This document shows positions 39,013-49,515 of a stretch of 64,000 nt of DNA, one piece after another (position 1 is the first letter of the stretch; each line of letters begins with the position of its first letter). The stretch lies in sequence record OR525702.1. One strand, written 5' to 3'. Both the position numbers and the translations under genes were made by a program. Under the pieces are notes generated by a model that saw nothing but the letters and a program-made list of their open reading frames with translations, was not told the DNA's origin and searched no databases. This DNA is from Escherichia phage vB-Eco-KMB23.

Positions 39013-40578
39013 ATGACTATCAAAACTAAAGCTGAACTTTTGAACAAATGGAAGCCATTACTGGAAGGTGAAGGTTTACCGGAAATTGCTAATAGCAAAC
39101 AAGCGATTATCGCTAAAATCTTTGAAAACCAGGAAAAAGATTTCCAGACAGCTCCAGAATACAAAGACGAAAAAATCGCTCAGGCGTTCGGTTCTTTCTT
39201 AACAGAAGCTGAAATCGGTGGTGACCACGGTTACAACGCTACTAACATCGCTGCTGGTCAGACTTCTGGCGCAGTAACTCAGATTGGCCCAGCTGTTATG
39301 GGTATGGTACGTCGTGCTATTCCTAACCTGATTGCTTTCGATATTTGCGGTGTTCAGCCGATGAACAGCCCGACTGGCCAGGTATTCGCACTGCGTGCAG
39401 TATATGGTAAAGACCCAATCGCTGCTGGTGCTAAAGAAGCATTCCACCCAATGTATGGTCCAGATGCAATGTTCTCTGGTCAGGGTGCTGCTAAGAAATT
39501 CCCAGCTCTGGCTGCTAGTACACAAACCGTTGTGGGTGATATCTATACTCACTTCTTCCAGGAAACTGGTACTGTGTATCTGCAAGCTTCCGCTGTAGTA
39601 ACAATCGATGCTAGTGCTAACGATGCAACTAAACTGGATGCTGAAATTAAGAAACAAATGGAAGCTGGCGTACTGGTAGAAATCGCTGAAGGTATGGCTA
39701 CTTCTATCGCTGAACTTCAGGAAGGTTTCAACGGTTCTACCGATAACCCATGGAATGAAATGGGCTTCCGTATCGATAAACAAGTTATTGAAGCTAAATC
39801 TCGTCAGCTGAAAGCTGCTTACTCTATCGAATTAGCACAAGACCTCCGCGCTGTTCACGGTATGGATGCTGATGCTGAACTGTCTGGTATTCTGGCTACC
39901 GAAATCATGCTGGAAATCAACCGTGAAGTTGTTGATTGGATTAACTACTCAGCTCAGGTTGGTAAATCTGGTATGACCCTGACTCCGGGTTCTAAAGCTG
40001 GTGTATTTGACTTCCAGGATCCGATTGATATTCGTGGTGCTCGCTGGGCGGGTGAATCCTTTAAAGCTCTGTTGTTCCAGATTGACAAAGAAGCAGTTGA
40101 AATTGCTCGTCAGACCGGTCGTGGTGAAGGTAACTTCATTATCGCTTCCCGTAACGTAGTTAACGTTCTGGCTTCAGTTGATACTGGCATTTCTTATGCT
40201 GCACAGGGTCTGGCTACCGGCTTTAACACTGATACTACCAAGTCAGTATTTGCTGGTGTTCTGGGTGGTAAATACCGTGTATATATCGACCAGTATGCTA
40301 AACAGGATTATTTCACTGTAGGTTATAAAGGTCCGAACGAAATGGATGCTGGTATTTACTATGCTCCATATGTAGCTCTGACTCCGCTGCGTGGTTCCGA
40401 TCCGAAGAACTTCCAACCGGTAATGGGATTCAAAACTCGTTACGGTATCGGTATCAACCCATTTGCGGAATCCGCTGCTCAGGCTCCGGCTTCTCGCATC
40501 CAGAGCGGTATGCCTTCTATTCTGAATAGCCTTGGTAAAAACGCTTACTTCCGCCGTGTATATGTTAAAGGTATCTAA
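39013..40578 (+). CDS. 23: gp23 major capsid protein
   Basis: 521 aa. Confidence 0.97.
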   Translation: MTIKTKAELLNKWKPLLEGEGLPEIANSKQAIIAKIFENQEKDFQTAPEYKDEKIAQAFGSFLTEAEIGGDHGYNATNIAAGQTSGAVTQIGPAVMGMVRRAIPNLIAFDICGVQPMNSPTGQVFALRAVYGKDPIAAGAKEAFHPMYGPDAMFSGQGAAKKFPALAASTQTVVGDIYTHFFQETGTVYLQASAVVTIDASANDATKLDAEIKKQMEAGVLVEIAEGMATSIAELQEGFNGSTDNPWNEMGFRIDKQVIEAKSRQLKAAYSIELAQDLRAVHGMDADAELSGILATEIMLEINREVVDWINYSAQVGKSGMTLTPGSKAGVFDFQDPIDIRGARWAGESFKALLFQIDKEAVEIARQTGRGEGNFIIASRNVVNVLASVDTGISYAAQGLATGFNTDTTKSVFAGVLGGKYRVYIDQYAKQDYFTVGYKGPNEMDAGIYYAPYVALTPLRGSDPKNFQPVMGFKTRYGIGINPFAESAAQAPASRIQSGMPSILNSLGKNAYFRRVYVKGI

Positions 40579-40592
40579 TCTTTGACGATTTA

Positions 40593-40620
40593 AGGGACCT
40601 TCGGGTCCCTTTAGTTGTTT
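40593..40620 (+). terminator. intrinsic terminator after gene 23 (gggacc-ttcg-ggtccc + T-run)
   Basis: Canonical GC hairpin with TTCG loop and T tract. Confidence 0.65.
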
Positions 40621-40626
40621 TTATGG

Positions 40627-40634
40627 TATAAATA
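40627..40634 (+). promoter_or_regulatory. late promoter TATAAATA for gene 24
   Basis: Exact match 28 nt upstream of ATG at 40662. Confidence 0.6.
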
Positions 40635-40661
40635 AATCATATAAACCAAAAGGAAAGCGCA

Positions 40662-41945
40662 ATGGCTAAAATCAACGAACTTCTGCGCGAATCAACCACA
40701 ACGAATAGCAACTCAATCGGTCGCCCAAATCTCGTTGCTTTGACTCGCGCTACCACTAAATTAATATATTCTGACATTGTAGCAACGCAAAGAACTAATC
40801 AACCTGTTGCTGCTTTTTATGGTATCAAATACCTTAACCCGGATAACGAATTTACATTTAAAACTGGTGCTACTTACGCTGGCGAAGCTGGATACGTAGA
40901 CCGAGAACAAATCACAGAATTAACAGAAGAGTCTAAATTAACTCTCAATAAAGGCGATTTATTCAAATATAATAATATCGTTTATAAAGTATTAGAAAAT
41001 ACACCATTTGCTGATATTGAAGAAAGTGATTTAGAATTAGCTCTTCAGATTGCAATTGTTCTTTTAAAGGTTCGTCTATTTTCTGATGCTGCAGTAACAA
41101 GCAAATTTGAAAGCTCTGATAGTGAAATTGCGGATGCTAGATTCCAGATTAATAAATGGCAAACCGCAGTTAAATCTCGTAAACTTAAAACTGGCATCAC
41201 AGTTGAATTAGCACAAGATTTAGAAGCAAACGGATTCGATGCTCCTAATTTCTTGGAAGATTTGCTTGCAACTGAAATGGCGGATGAAATCAATAAAGAT
41301 ATTCTGCAGTCTTTGATTACAGTGTCAAAACGCTATAAAGTTACAGGAATTACTGATACTGGATTCATTGATTTGAGTTATGCATCTGCCCCTGAAGCTG
41401 GTCGTTCATTATACCGAATGGTGTGTGAAATGGTTTCACATATCCAGAAAGAATCAACTTATACAGCAACGTTCTGTGTTGCTTCAGCTCGTGCCGCTGC
41501 GATTCTTGCTGCATCAGGTTGGTTAAAACATAAACCGGAAGATGATAAATATCTTTCACAAAATGCCTACGGGTTCTTAGCTAATGGTTTACCGCTTTAT
41601 TGCGATACCAACAGCCCATTAGATTATGTAATCGTTGGCGTAGTAGAAAATATCGGTGAAAAAGAAATTGTTGGATCAATTTTCTATGCTCCGTATACAG
41701 AAGGTCTTGACTTAGATGACCCTGAACATGTAGGTGCATTTAAAGTTGTAGTTGATCCAGAAAGTTTGCAGCCATCTATCGGTTTATTAGTTAGATATGC
41801 TTTATCTGCAAATCCTTACACTGTAGCAAAAGATGAAAAAGAAGCAAGAATAATTGATGGTGGAGACATGGATAAAATGGCGGGTCGTTCAGATTTGTCT
41901 GTTTTATTAGGTGTTAAGCTACCAAAAATTATCATTGATGAATAA
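40662..41945 (+). CDS. 24: gp24 capsid vertex protein
   Basis: 427 aa, paralogous to gp23. Confidence 0.95.
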   Translation: MAKINELLRESTTTNSNSIGRPNLVALTRATTKLIYSDIVATQRTNQPVAAFYGIKYLNPDNEFTFKTGATYAGEAGYVDREQITELTEESKLTLNKGDLFKYNNIVYKVLENTPFADIEESDLELALQIAIVLLKVRLFSDAAVTSKFESSDSEIADARFQINKWQTAVKSRKLKTGITVELAQDLEANGFDAPNFLEDLLATEMADEINKDILQSLITVSKRYKVTGITDTGFIDLSYASAPEAGRSLYRMVCEMVSHIQKESTYTATFCVASARAAAILAASGWLKHKPEDDKYLSQNAYGFLANGLPLYCDTNSPLDYVIVGVVENIGEKEIVGSIFYAPYTEGLDLDDPEHVGAFKVVVDPESLQPSIGLLVRYALSANPYTVAKDEKEARIIDGGDMDKMAGRSDLSVLLGVKLPKIIIDE

Positions 41946-41950
41946 AACAA

Positions 41951-41975
41951 AGGGACCTTTCGGTCCCTTTTTATT
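41951..41975. terminator. bidirectional terminator between gene 24 and rnlB (agggacc-tttc-ggtccct, T-runs both sides)
   Basis: Hairpin flanked by A-run upstream and T-run downstream. Confidence 0.6.
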
Positions 41976-42979
41976 TAACTTACCAATTCAATCCAAGCCG
42001 GACGAAGTACATCTTGTACCATTTTAACTAATTCCTTTTTAATCAAAGAAGGATTATCCGCTTGAGTTAGAGTAATACCTTCACGAGAAGTTTCTTCCAA
42101 AATATCTTGAACAGTTAGTCCCATCACCTTTCCAAAATCTTTTGGACCAATTTCGCCAATTTTAGAAATAACGTTATTTACTCGGTTCAGTGTAACATAA
42201 CAAGCTAAAATTCCCAGCAATTTATTATCAGCTTCTGACAACTCAACTTTAGCTTTAATAGGCTTATCAGACTTTTTCTTTTCACTAAATTTAGAGTTCT
42301 TGCATTTGATGGCTACACGATTGCGATTAGGCAGCCAAGAAGGATAACAAGGTTTCAATACATATCCTTCAGCAGTAAATACTTCGCCTTTTGCTTCAGC
42401 ATTCCAAACGCATTTATTTGCATCAACTAATCCAGCATGGTCTACTGTAAAATTATAATCTTGGACGACAGAATCTAAATCATTTGGCAATTTAATAAGT
42501 TCTTCAAATTTACCGCGACCTAAAAGTGGAGCCATTTTAAATTTAAATGTATTACAAAATGATTCCATCATATAATCATCGACATAAGTTACATCACCAC
42601 TTTCTGTAGTAACAATAATGTCAAATACATAAAAATCTTTATCGCCATAATCGACATTCTTCTGAATGCCAGGTCCAGCGAATTCGCCAAAAACTTGATA
42701 AGATACAACCGCTGAAGTTTCCATAATATCTTGTACTGCTTTAATAGAATCAGCGTAATTCTTTAAAATAATTTCATACCCAAAGAAATCTTCAGCAGGA
42801 AGAATAGGACCAGTTCGTTTAGCACAAGTTACTTTATCACGCTCAATAATCAATGAGAAATTTGTGCCATGAATCTTTTCACGAGCTACCCATTCGCCGC
42901 CAGTCAATCCTAAACTGTAAAGTTTTTCAATGAATTTAGAATTGTAATGATTTTCAAGACTGCTATACTTTTTAAACAT
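41975..42979 (-). CDS. rnlB: RNA ligase 2 (Rnl2)
   Basis: 334 aa; nucleotidyltransferase motif KIHGTNFS. Confidence 0.92.
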   Translation of the reverse strand: MFKKYSSLENHYNSKFIEKLYSLGLTGGEWVAREKIHGTNFSLIIERDKVTCAKRTGPILPAEDFFGYEIILKNYADSIKAVQDIMETSAVVSYQVFGEFAGPGIQKNVDYGDKDFYVFDIIVTTESGDVTYVDDYMMESFCNTFKFKMAPLLGRGKFEELIKLPNDLDSVVQDYNFTVDHAGLVDANKCVWNAEAKGEVFTAEGYVLKPCYPSWLPNRNRVAIKCKNSKFSEKKKSDKPIKAKVELSEADNKLLGILACYVTLNRVNNVISKIGEIGPKDFGKVMGLTVQDILEETSREGITLTQADNPSLIKKELVKMVQDVLRPAWIELVS

Positions 42980-42988
42980 AATTAATCC

Positions 42989-43267
42989 TCAAAATGTAAT
43001 TTCTAACCAATCACCATCACGCTGATCACTATTGACTTTAAAGCTAAATCCTTCTTTTCTCAGCCAATCACCAATTTCTTCAGTAATCAATTTATCGCGA
43101 GCAGTACAATAATAACTAAAATATGTTTTACCTTGTTCAGCTGCTTTATTAGCAAGTTCCGAAAAATCTTTAATAAAACACTCTAGCTTAAACTGTTTAC
43201 TTTTAAGTGCTTTTTCACGTAATTGATTAGCAAAAGATTCATTTTCATAAAGATCATACTGTTCCAT
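42989..43267 (-). CDS. hypothetical protein (24.2-like)
   Basis: 92 aa ORF. Confidence 0.65.
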   Translation of the reverse strand: MEQYDLYENESFANQLREKALKSKQFKLECFIKDFSELANKAAEQGKTYFSYYCTARDKLITEEIGDWLRKEGFSFKVNSDQRDGDWLEITF

Positions 43268-43469
43268 TTTTCACCTTTTTATTAATATGCCTTTTTCTAT
43301 AGACAACTTTTTCTCGAGTTTCAAATTTATTCTTAGCAGTCATAGCTCGAGCCCATAATACAGCCACTTCCTTTGCCTGTAAGTTCAATTCACGAGCAAT
43401 TTCAATGAATGACTTTCCAGACTCATGAAGAGTAAACACCACAACCTCAGTTCTCATAATCAATCTCAT
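43254..43469 (-). CDS. hypothetical protein (24.3-like)
   Basis: 71 aa ORF. Confidence 0.6.
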   Translation of the reverse strand: MRLIMRTEVVVFTLHESGKSFIEIARELNLQAKEVAVLWARAMTAKNKFETREKVVYRKRHINKKVKNGTV

Positions 43470-43537
43470 GTTATCGAGTTGGTGCCATTATATACATCAT
43501 TTTCTGAGTGTGTTTTGTGTGCTTTCAAAATGAAGAA

Positions 43538-43553
43538 AGGGGCCGAAGCCCCT
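43538..43553 (-). terminator. hairpin/terminator downstream of hoc (aggggc-ttcg-gcccct)
   Basis: Same hairpin as at 2180..2195. Confidence 0.5.
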
Positions 43554-43558
43554 TATGA

Positions 43559-44977
43559 TTATGGATAGGTATAGATGATACCAGTTTCTAAAGCAGTTTT
43601 ATGAATGATGTATCCATTACGTGATTCTTGAACATCAACTTCTGGATAGTCTTTCATCATCTTCTGAAGGGTGTAACGATGCAGGTAGTATTTACTATCT
43701 GGATCTTCAGTTTTCCAATCTTTACCTTCTTCGGTCATTTTTTGGATTTCATCCATAACCCACCAACCGCACCAGATATAAGCCGAAGTACGATGTGGAA
43801 GAGGATGAACATAAGGCAATTCACCTTCTGGTTCTGGAGCAACTTTATCAGTTACCTGAACTTGACCTTCTGCTGTGATAGTTTTGCTATCATAATCAGT
43901 AGCAGTAACAGTTGCAGTAACTTCAATAGTTTGACTTCCAATAGATGATGTATCAACAGTGTATACATTAGTTGACCCTTCTACTGGAGAAGAATCTTTC
44001 TTCCATGAATATTCGATTTGTGCTTCTTCTGGAGCATCCGTAACATTAGCAGTAAATGTAGCCGAAGCATCTTGCTGAACGTTAATAGAAGGAGGAGTCA
44101 ATGTAACCTGTGGATTCATTGTCTTCTTATTAACTGTTAATGATACTTCATTAGAAGTAACTGTTTTTGCGTCATAATCTGTTGCTGTTACTTGCGCTAC
44201 GCATTTAATTCTTTTTACTCCACTTGTAGTTGGAGTATAGCTAAATGTAGCAGAAGTCGCTTCACCAATTTGAGAATCATCTACATACCACTGATACGTA
44301 GCAGATGCCCCATCAGGTTGAGAAGCTAAGGCAGCGGTAAATTCAACGGCTGTTCCAATCACTCCAGCTGGAGGACTATCAGGAGTTACTGCCAAGGTAG
44401 TCGTCTGCGTCTTTTTATTAACAGTCAATGATACTTCATTAGAAGTAACGCTTAGTGCATCATAATCTGCCGCAGTTACTTGAGCTACACACTTGATTTT
44501 TTTAACTCCGCTTGTGTCAGGAGTGTAATTGAATGTAGCGTCAGTTGCTTCGTCTACAGGAGAACCGTCAACGTGCCATTGATACGTAGCGTTTGCACCT
44601 GATGGCTGTGAAGCTAAGGCAGCGGTAAATTGAACGGCTGTTCCGATTACTCCTTCCGGAGGACTAGCAGGAGTTACGGCTAATGTAGTTGTCTGTGTCT
44701 TATTTTGAACCGTGATAGTTGTCGTAGTTTCTGCTGTTTCAGGTTCAGATTCTGCAACTTGATTGGTTGCAACTACTTTAATAGTCTTTTGACCGGCAGG
44801 TCCTTTTAGTACATAACTAAAAGTTGCTGACGTTTCTTCCTGTGGAGCGTCGTCTACAGTCCAAGCATATGTAATAGGTCCATCTCCAGTTTGACCACTG
44901 GGTGTAGCAGTAAACTGCTGAGTCTGATCTATAACTCCAGTAGGTGTTTTAGGAGTTATATCAACTGTAAAAGCCAT
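43559..44977 (-). CDS. hoc: Hoc highly immunogenic outer capsid protein, four Ig-like domains
   Basis: 472 aa; the ORF contains two adjacent ~96-aa Ig-like repeats (TTTLAVTP...LTVNKKT) and is ~96 aa longer than the T4 Hoc length I recall (376 aa). Confidence 0.9.
   Translation of the reverse strand: MAFTVDITPKTPTGVIDQTQQFTATPSGQTGDGPITYAWTVDDAPQEETSATFSYVLKGPAGQKTIKVVATNQVAESEPETAETTTTITVQNKTQTTTLAVTPASPPEGVIGTAVQFTAALASQPSGANATYQWHVDGSPVDEATDATFNYTPDTSGVKKIKCVAQVTAADYDALSVTSNEVSLTVNKKTQTTTLAVTPDSPPAGVIGTAVEFTAALASQPDGASATYQWYVDDSQIGEATSATFSYTPTTSGVKRIKCVAQVTATDYDAKTVTSNEVSLTVNKKTMNPQVTLTPPSINVQQDASATFTANVTDAPEEAQIEYSWKKDSSPVEGSTNVYTVDTSSIGSQTIEVTATVTATDYDSKTITAEGQVQVTDKVAPEPEGELPYVHPLPHRTSAYIWCGWWVMDEIQKMTEEGKDWKTEDPDSKYYLHRYTLQKMMKDYPEVDVQESRNGYIIHKTALETGIIYTYP
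44117..44692 (-). repeat. tandem internal duplication (2 x 288 bp) encoding Ig-like domain of Hoc
   Basis: Codons 96-191 and 192-287 of hoc are ~80% identical repeats. Confidence 0.8.
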
Positions 44978-44986
44978 AAGTTATCC

Positions 44987-45667
44987 TTATTTTAATGTTA
45001 CGAAAGAAGAATTACGTGTTTCACGAATTAGAACTGATCCGTCGCGATTAATGTAATAAATTAAGCTAAATAAAGTTTGGTGTGCTGACGCATGCTCAAA
45101 ACTAGTTGGGTGAGATTTCCAATCCGGAGTTTCAGCAATCCACTGGTAAATCCACCAAGGAACAGTGCAGAATCCTGGATTTTTTCCAATCAGCTGAAGA
45201 TTCGGACTAAAGTTTTCCGGAAGAGTAAATACAGACGGCTTCTCAGATTCAATAATCTCAGCTACAGCCTGTTCGAATTTTTCTTCAACAAAAGGAGTAT
45301 CTTCAATCAAAACATCGGTATTTTCAGGAATTTTATCCGTTTCTACTACTTCAATTTTAATGTCAGATTTAACCGGAGAATCAATCAGAAGTGCTGCCTC
45401 TGGATTGACTTCTTCATCGTCATATTTTAATCCGTCTGCAGCATCAGCAGCATCAATTAAGTCTTTAATAGATAACCCATCAGTCTCTGGCATAGGTTCA
45501 CTAGCGAGCTTCTGGAGGGCTTCTTCAATATCATTAACGATATTATCAAAAGATTTATTCTTTTTGACTTTTATACCAAACTGTTCAGCATATTCAGCTA
45601 ATTTAGCTTTAGCTTCTTTATTATCATCAAGAGCCTTCAGCTCTGCAATATAATCTTTATCTATCAT
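44987..45667 (-). CDS. inh: Inh inhibitor of prohead protease
   Basis: 226 aa. Confidence 0.9.
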   Translation of the reverse strand: MIDKDYIAELKALDDNKEAKAKLAEYAEQFGIKVKKNKSFDNIVNDIEEALQKLASEPMPETDGLSIKDLIDAADAADGLKYDDEEVNPEAALLIDSPVKSDIKIEVVETDKIPENTDVLIEDTPFVEEKFEQAVAEIIESEKPSVFTLPENFSPNLQLIGKNPGFCTVPWWIYQWIAETPDWKSHPTSFEHASAHQTLFSLIYYINRDGSVLIRETRNSSFVTLK

Positions 45668-45717
45668 AATATTTCCTCAGTATAAATATAGATATATTTA
45701 TTACATGGTATTTAGAC

Positions 45718-47229
45718 ATGACTGACATTAAAGTACATTTTTATGATTTTAGTCACGTGAGAATTGATTGTGAAGAAAGTACATTTCATGAACTCCGTGA
45801 TTTCTTTAGCTTTGAAGCTGATGGGTATCGTTTTAATCCGAAGTACAAATATGGCCACTGGGATGGACGAATTCGTCTTTTAGATTATAATCGCCTTCTT
45901 CCATTCGGCTTAGTCGGGCAAATTAAAAAGTTCTGTGATAACTTTGGCTATAAAGCCTGGATTGACCCACAAATTAACGAAAAAGAAGAATTATCAAGAA
46001 AAGATTTTGATGAATGGCTTTCTAAATTAGAAATCTATTCAGGAAATAAAAGAATTGAACCGCACTGGTATCAAAAAGATGCAGTGTTCGAAGGATTAGT
46101 TAATCGTCGTAGAATTCTTAATCTTCCAACATCCGCTGGTAAATCGTTAATTCAAGCTTTGCTTGCGCGATATTATTTGGAAAATTATGAAGGTAAAATT
46201 CTTATCATTGTTCCAACAACTGCCTTAACAACTCAGATGGCTGATGACTTTGTTGACTATCGTTTATTCAGTCATGCAATGATAAAGAAAATTGGTGGCG
46301 GAGCATCAAAAGATGATAAATATAAAAATGATGCACCGGTCGTTGTTGGTACATGGCAAACTGTAGTAAAACAACCAAAAGAATGGTTCTCACAGTTTGG
46401 AATGATGATGAATGATGAATGCCATCTTGCTACAGGAAAAAGTATTTCATCTATCATATCTGGTTTAAATAACTGCATGTTCAAATTCGGTTTGTCCGGT
46501 TCATTACGTGATGGCAAAGCTAATATCATGCAGTATGTTGGAATGTTTGGTGAAATATTTAAGCCAGTAACGACTTCTAAGTTAATGGAAGATGGACAAG
46601 TAACTGAGCTAAAAATTAATAGTATTTTTCTTCGCTATCCCGATGAGTTCACTACTAAATTAAAGGGAAAAACTTATCAAGAAGAAATAAAAATTATTAC
46701 GGGGCTTAGTAAAAGAAATAAATGGATCGCTAAATTGGCTATTAAGCTTGCACAAAAAGATGAAAACGCTTTTGTCATGTTTAAACATGTATCACATGGT
46801 AAAGCTATTTTCGATTTAATTAAAAATGAATACGATAAAGTTTATTACGTATCAGGGGAAGTTGATACCGAAACCCGCAATATAATGAAAACCTTAGCTG
46901 AAAACGGTAAAGGAATAATTATAGTCGCTAGTTATGGTGTATTTTCTACTGGTATTTCAGTTAAAAATCTGCATCACGTTGTTTTAGCGCACGGTGTTAA
47001 ATCAAAAATCATTGTATTACAAACAATCGGTCGTGTATTACGTAAGCACGGTTCTAAGACAATAGCAACCGTCTGGGACCTCATCGATGATTGTGGTGTT
47101 AAGCCAAAATCTGCTAATACGAAAAAGAAATACGTTCATTTGAACTATCTTTTAAAACATGGCATTGATCGTATTCAGCGCTACGCAGATGAAAAATTTA
47201 ATTACGTAATGAAAACAGTTAATTTATAA
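45718..47229 (+). CDS. uvsW: UvsW DNA/RNA helicase
   Basis: 503 aa; Walker A PTSAGKS, DEAH-like MMNDECH. Confidence 0.95.
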   Translation: MTDIKVHFYDFSHVRIDCEESTFHELRDFFSFEADGYRFNPKYKYGHWDGRIRLLDYNRLLPFGLVGQIKKFCDNFGYKAWIDPQINEKEELSRKDFDEWLSKLEIYSGNKRIEPHWYQKDAVFEGLVNRRRILNLPTSAGKSLIQALLARYYLENYEGKILIIVPTTALTTQMADDFVDYRLFSHAMIKKIGGGASKDDKYKNDAPVVVGTWQTVVKQPKEWFSQFGMMMNDECHLATGKSISSIISGLNNCMFKFGLSGSLRDGKANIMQYVGMFGEIFKPVTTSKLMEDGQVTELKINSIFLRYPDEFTTKLKGKTYQEEIKIITGLSKRNKWIAKLAIKLAQKDENAFVMFKHVSHGKAIFDLIKNEYDKVYYVSGEVDTETRNIMKTLAENGKGIIIVASYGVFSTGISVKNLHHVVLAHGVKSKIIVLQTIGRVLRKHGSKTIATVWDLIDDCGVKPKSANTKKKYVHLNYLLKHGIDRIQRYADEKFNYVMKTVNL

Positions 47230-47242
47230 GGGCTTCGGCCCT

Positions 47243-47485
47243 TTGGAGAAAAAGATGTTACTAGAATTTAAACAATTTCTTTATGAAGCTTCTATTGATG
47301 AATTTATGGGTAAAATTGCCTCTTGTCAAACAATAGAAGGTCTAGAAGAACTTGAAGCTTATTATAAGAAAAGAGTTAAAGAAACTGAATTAAAAGATAC
47401 TGATGACATCTCTGTGAGAGATGCTTTGGCAGGAAAAAGAGCTGAATTAGAAGATTCAGACGATGAAGTAGAAGAAAGCTTTTAA
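47243..47485 (+). CDS. uvsW.1: UvsW.1 small acidic protein
   Basis: 80 aa. Confidence 0.8.
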   Translation: MEKKMLLEFKQFLYEASIDEFMGKIASCQTIEGLEELEAYYKKRVKETELKDTDDISVRDALAGKRAELEDSDDEVEESF

Positions 47486-47540
47486 ATTAAAAAAGGCCCA
47501 ACCGAAAAGGAAGGGCCAAAACTATAGACTAAAGGTCACA

Positions 47541-47708
47541 CTATAGCAAAAGTTGTGTTTCATTTAATTGTTCTTCCGAACTTTCTGAAACTGGTAGTTC
47601 TTTAATGTAATTATAACAAGGCCCAGGATGTACAGGACCTTTGTCTGTTTCAACAACCAATGCAGAATCGATTGGAGTTTTACAGACAACGCAAATCTTA
47701 TCTGACAT
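47541..47708 (-). CDS. small zinc-ribbon-like protein (uvsY.-2-like); not in ORF track (<60 aa)
   Basis: Hand translation: MSDKICVVCKTPIDSALVVETDKGPVHPGPCYNYIKELPVSESSEEQLNETQLLL (55 aa, CxxC...C motif). Confidence 0.55.
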   Translation of the reverse strand: MSDKICVVCKTPIDSALVVETDKGPVHPGPCYNYIKELPVSESSEEQLNETQLLL

Positions 47709-47736
47709 GATTGTCTCCTCTAAATTATATATCTAT

Positions 47737-47961
47737 TTATATAACTCTCATATGCATATCAATGCCCATATCTTTAGAATAAAAATATTCATCAAGATAT
47801 CCGGCAAATTTTCCTTTAACATAAAGTACATCTTCACCGCATGGGTGGTCGGCCAGGATACGAATATCCTGACGCTTAAGATTATACTTTTTCATTAAGA
47901 ATTGAATTTCCGTTTCGAATTCTTCTTCATAATTAAAAGCATCATCAATGCTATATCTCAT
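47737..47961 (-). CDS. hypothetical protein (uvsY.-1-like)
   Basis: 74 aa; overlaps uvsY stop. Confidence 0.7.
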   Translation of the reverse strand: MRYSIDDAFNYEEEFETEIQFLMKKYNLKRQDIRILADHPCGEDVLYVKGKFAGYLDEYFYSKDMGIDMHMRVI

Positions 47962-48374
47962 TATTTTCCAGCCTCAAATGCCCGCATGTCTTGAATATGC
48001 TTAATAGCAAATCCACGTGATTTAATAGCATCAAGAGCTCCGCTACAGAAATCTAATAAAATCCCCCAATACTGTAACGAGGTATCAACCTTTAAAACAT
48101 CCTTATCAGCCGATAGAACTGTCTTCATTTCTGATTTCTCGTAACGATCCATACTAAATTCATCACCATCTCCTCGTCCCGAGTAGTAGTCTAATTTAGC
48201 TTTAAGAGCAACTTTTTTCTGTGCGTCAATTCTAAGCATTTCCTTTTTAATACTTGAATGCTTATTGAGCCATTTACTATATAACATCACATTATTAGCT
48301 GCTTCATACTGTAATTTAGTCGAATCTATAAACACATCTTTCTTCAATTCTTCTTGAAGATCTTCTAATTTCAT
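47961..48374 (-). CDS. uvsY: UvsY recombination mediator
   Basis: 137 aa. Confidence 0.95.
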   Translation of the reverse strand: MKLEDLQEELKKDVFIDSTKLQYEAANNVMLYSKWLNKHSSIKKEMLRIDAQKKVALKAKLDYYSGRGDGDEFSMDRYEKSEMKTVLSADKDVLKVDTSLQYWGILLDFCSGALDAIKSRGFAIKHIQDMRAFEAGK

Positions 48375-48440
48375 ATTGTTCTCTATTCAATTGTTATTGG
48401 ATGGACTTAGATTCATTATACCACGTTTATACGTGAAGCA

Positions 48441-48839
48441 TTATACTCTGTTACTGGAAGCCAGTTGTAGTTTTATCTGCTCAATATCATCAGGGTTATC
48501 GATGACTGAAAAGCGTATTTCTACTATCAGAGTATAATCATCATAAACTGGTATTACATTAACTGCTAATTTATCAATACGTGGCTCGTAGTTTCTTACT
48601 GCGCTTTCAATGTTACGCTCAACGGTATCAGCAGTAAGAGGAGTCATATTCTCAAAAAGCTGATCAGATAAATCGCATCCAAATTCTGGGTCAAATGGCC
48701 TTGACCCTTTCCTAGTTGTAATAATTCCTAAAAGGCTATTTTTAATTGACCTTAATCCAAGAGATCTGGAAACGTCTTTGTCCCAATCCATTTTCATTTC
48801 TGGGTCAATGTCAGAATAAAGCTTATTAATATTTGCCAT
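48441..48839 (-). CDS. 25: gp25 baseplate wedge protein (LysM-like fold)
   Basis: 132 aa. Confidence 0.95.
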   Translation of the reverse strand: MANINKLYSDIDPEMKMDWDKDVSRSLGLRSIKNSLLGIITTRKGSRPFDPEFGCDLSDQLFENMTPLTADTVERNIESAVRNYEPRIDKLAVNVIPVYDDYTLIVEIRFSVIDNPDDIEQIKLQLASSNRV

Positions 48840-49465
48840 TACAATAGCTCAAAGAATTCTTTGAGTCCTCTTATTACATGAGCGTGAGTTTTTCCACACT
48901 CTGGACACTTAATTGGAACAGCCAAATAAACAGTAGGCTTTAAAAGCATATCTTTTATAGCTACAATATCTGACTCTGTGATGATAGAATATAAATCTTC
49001 CAACTCTTTTTCATTTAAGTCTTCAATTGGAATGCTTTCACCGTTAGCATGAATCGTTTCTATACATGATACTATCATGTGGGCTATATTTTTATCATCA
49101 AAAATTTTAGGATAATGGAACTTAATTTTAATGTCACCCAGTGTATACCAGAGGTCTTCTGGTGCATCTATTTGTGTATGTAATAGATTTATATGGGTTG
49201 GTATTTCAGTTCCACAGATGCACTTCCAGGAGTTTTCGTGATTAACTTCTCCAAGAGAATGTGCCCATAAATGAATCAGCAGTAGTTCTGATTCTTGACG
49301 GTTTAAATCTTTTGCATTTGTACAGTCTTTAATTAGTTTTTTAACGATCTCTTCTACTGAACCGTTCTTTTTAGCAGTAATAAGTTCTAGATATTCTTTA
49401 AGAGTAAATGCGCGACAGTTGATTATTTTAGAACCAACTCTCACATCAAATTTGTATTCATACAT
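48839..49465 (-). CDS. 26: gp26 baseplate hub protein
   Basis: 208 aa. Confidence 0.9.
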   Translation of the reverse strand: MYEYKFDVRVGSKIINCRAFTLKEYLELITAKKNGSVEEIVKKLIKDCTNAKDLNRQESELLLIHLWAHSLGEVNHENSWKCICGTEIPTHINLLHTQIDAPEDLWYTLGDIKIKFHYPKIFDDKNIAHMIVSCIETIHANGESIPIEDLNEKELEDLYSIITESDIVAIKDMLLKPTVYLAVPIKCPECGKTHAHVIRGLKEFFELL

Positions 49466-49487
49466 ATTTAGCTCCTTTATTTATCAT

Positions 49488-49499
49488 ATTTATAAATAG
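49488..49499. promoter_or_regulatory. overlapping divergent late promoters (tatttataaata) for genes 26 (minus) and 51 (plus)
   Basis: Palindromic TATTTATAAATA gives TATAAATA on both strands. Confidence 0.6.
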
Positions 49500-49515
49500 A
49501 ATAAAAGGAGCATCT

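Noticed and set aside
40579-40661. Possible homing endonuclease between genes 23 and 24
   Set aside because: The gap is only 83 bp (terminator plus late promoter); no ORF is present.
47230-47241. Hairpin gggc-ttcg-gccc between uvsW and uvsW.1 as a terminator
   Set aside because: Only a 4-bp stem with a short T-run in a 13-bp gap; too weak to call confidently.
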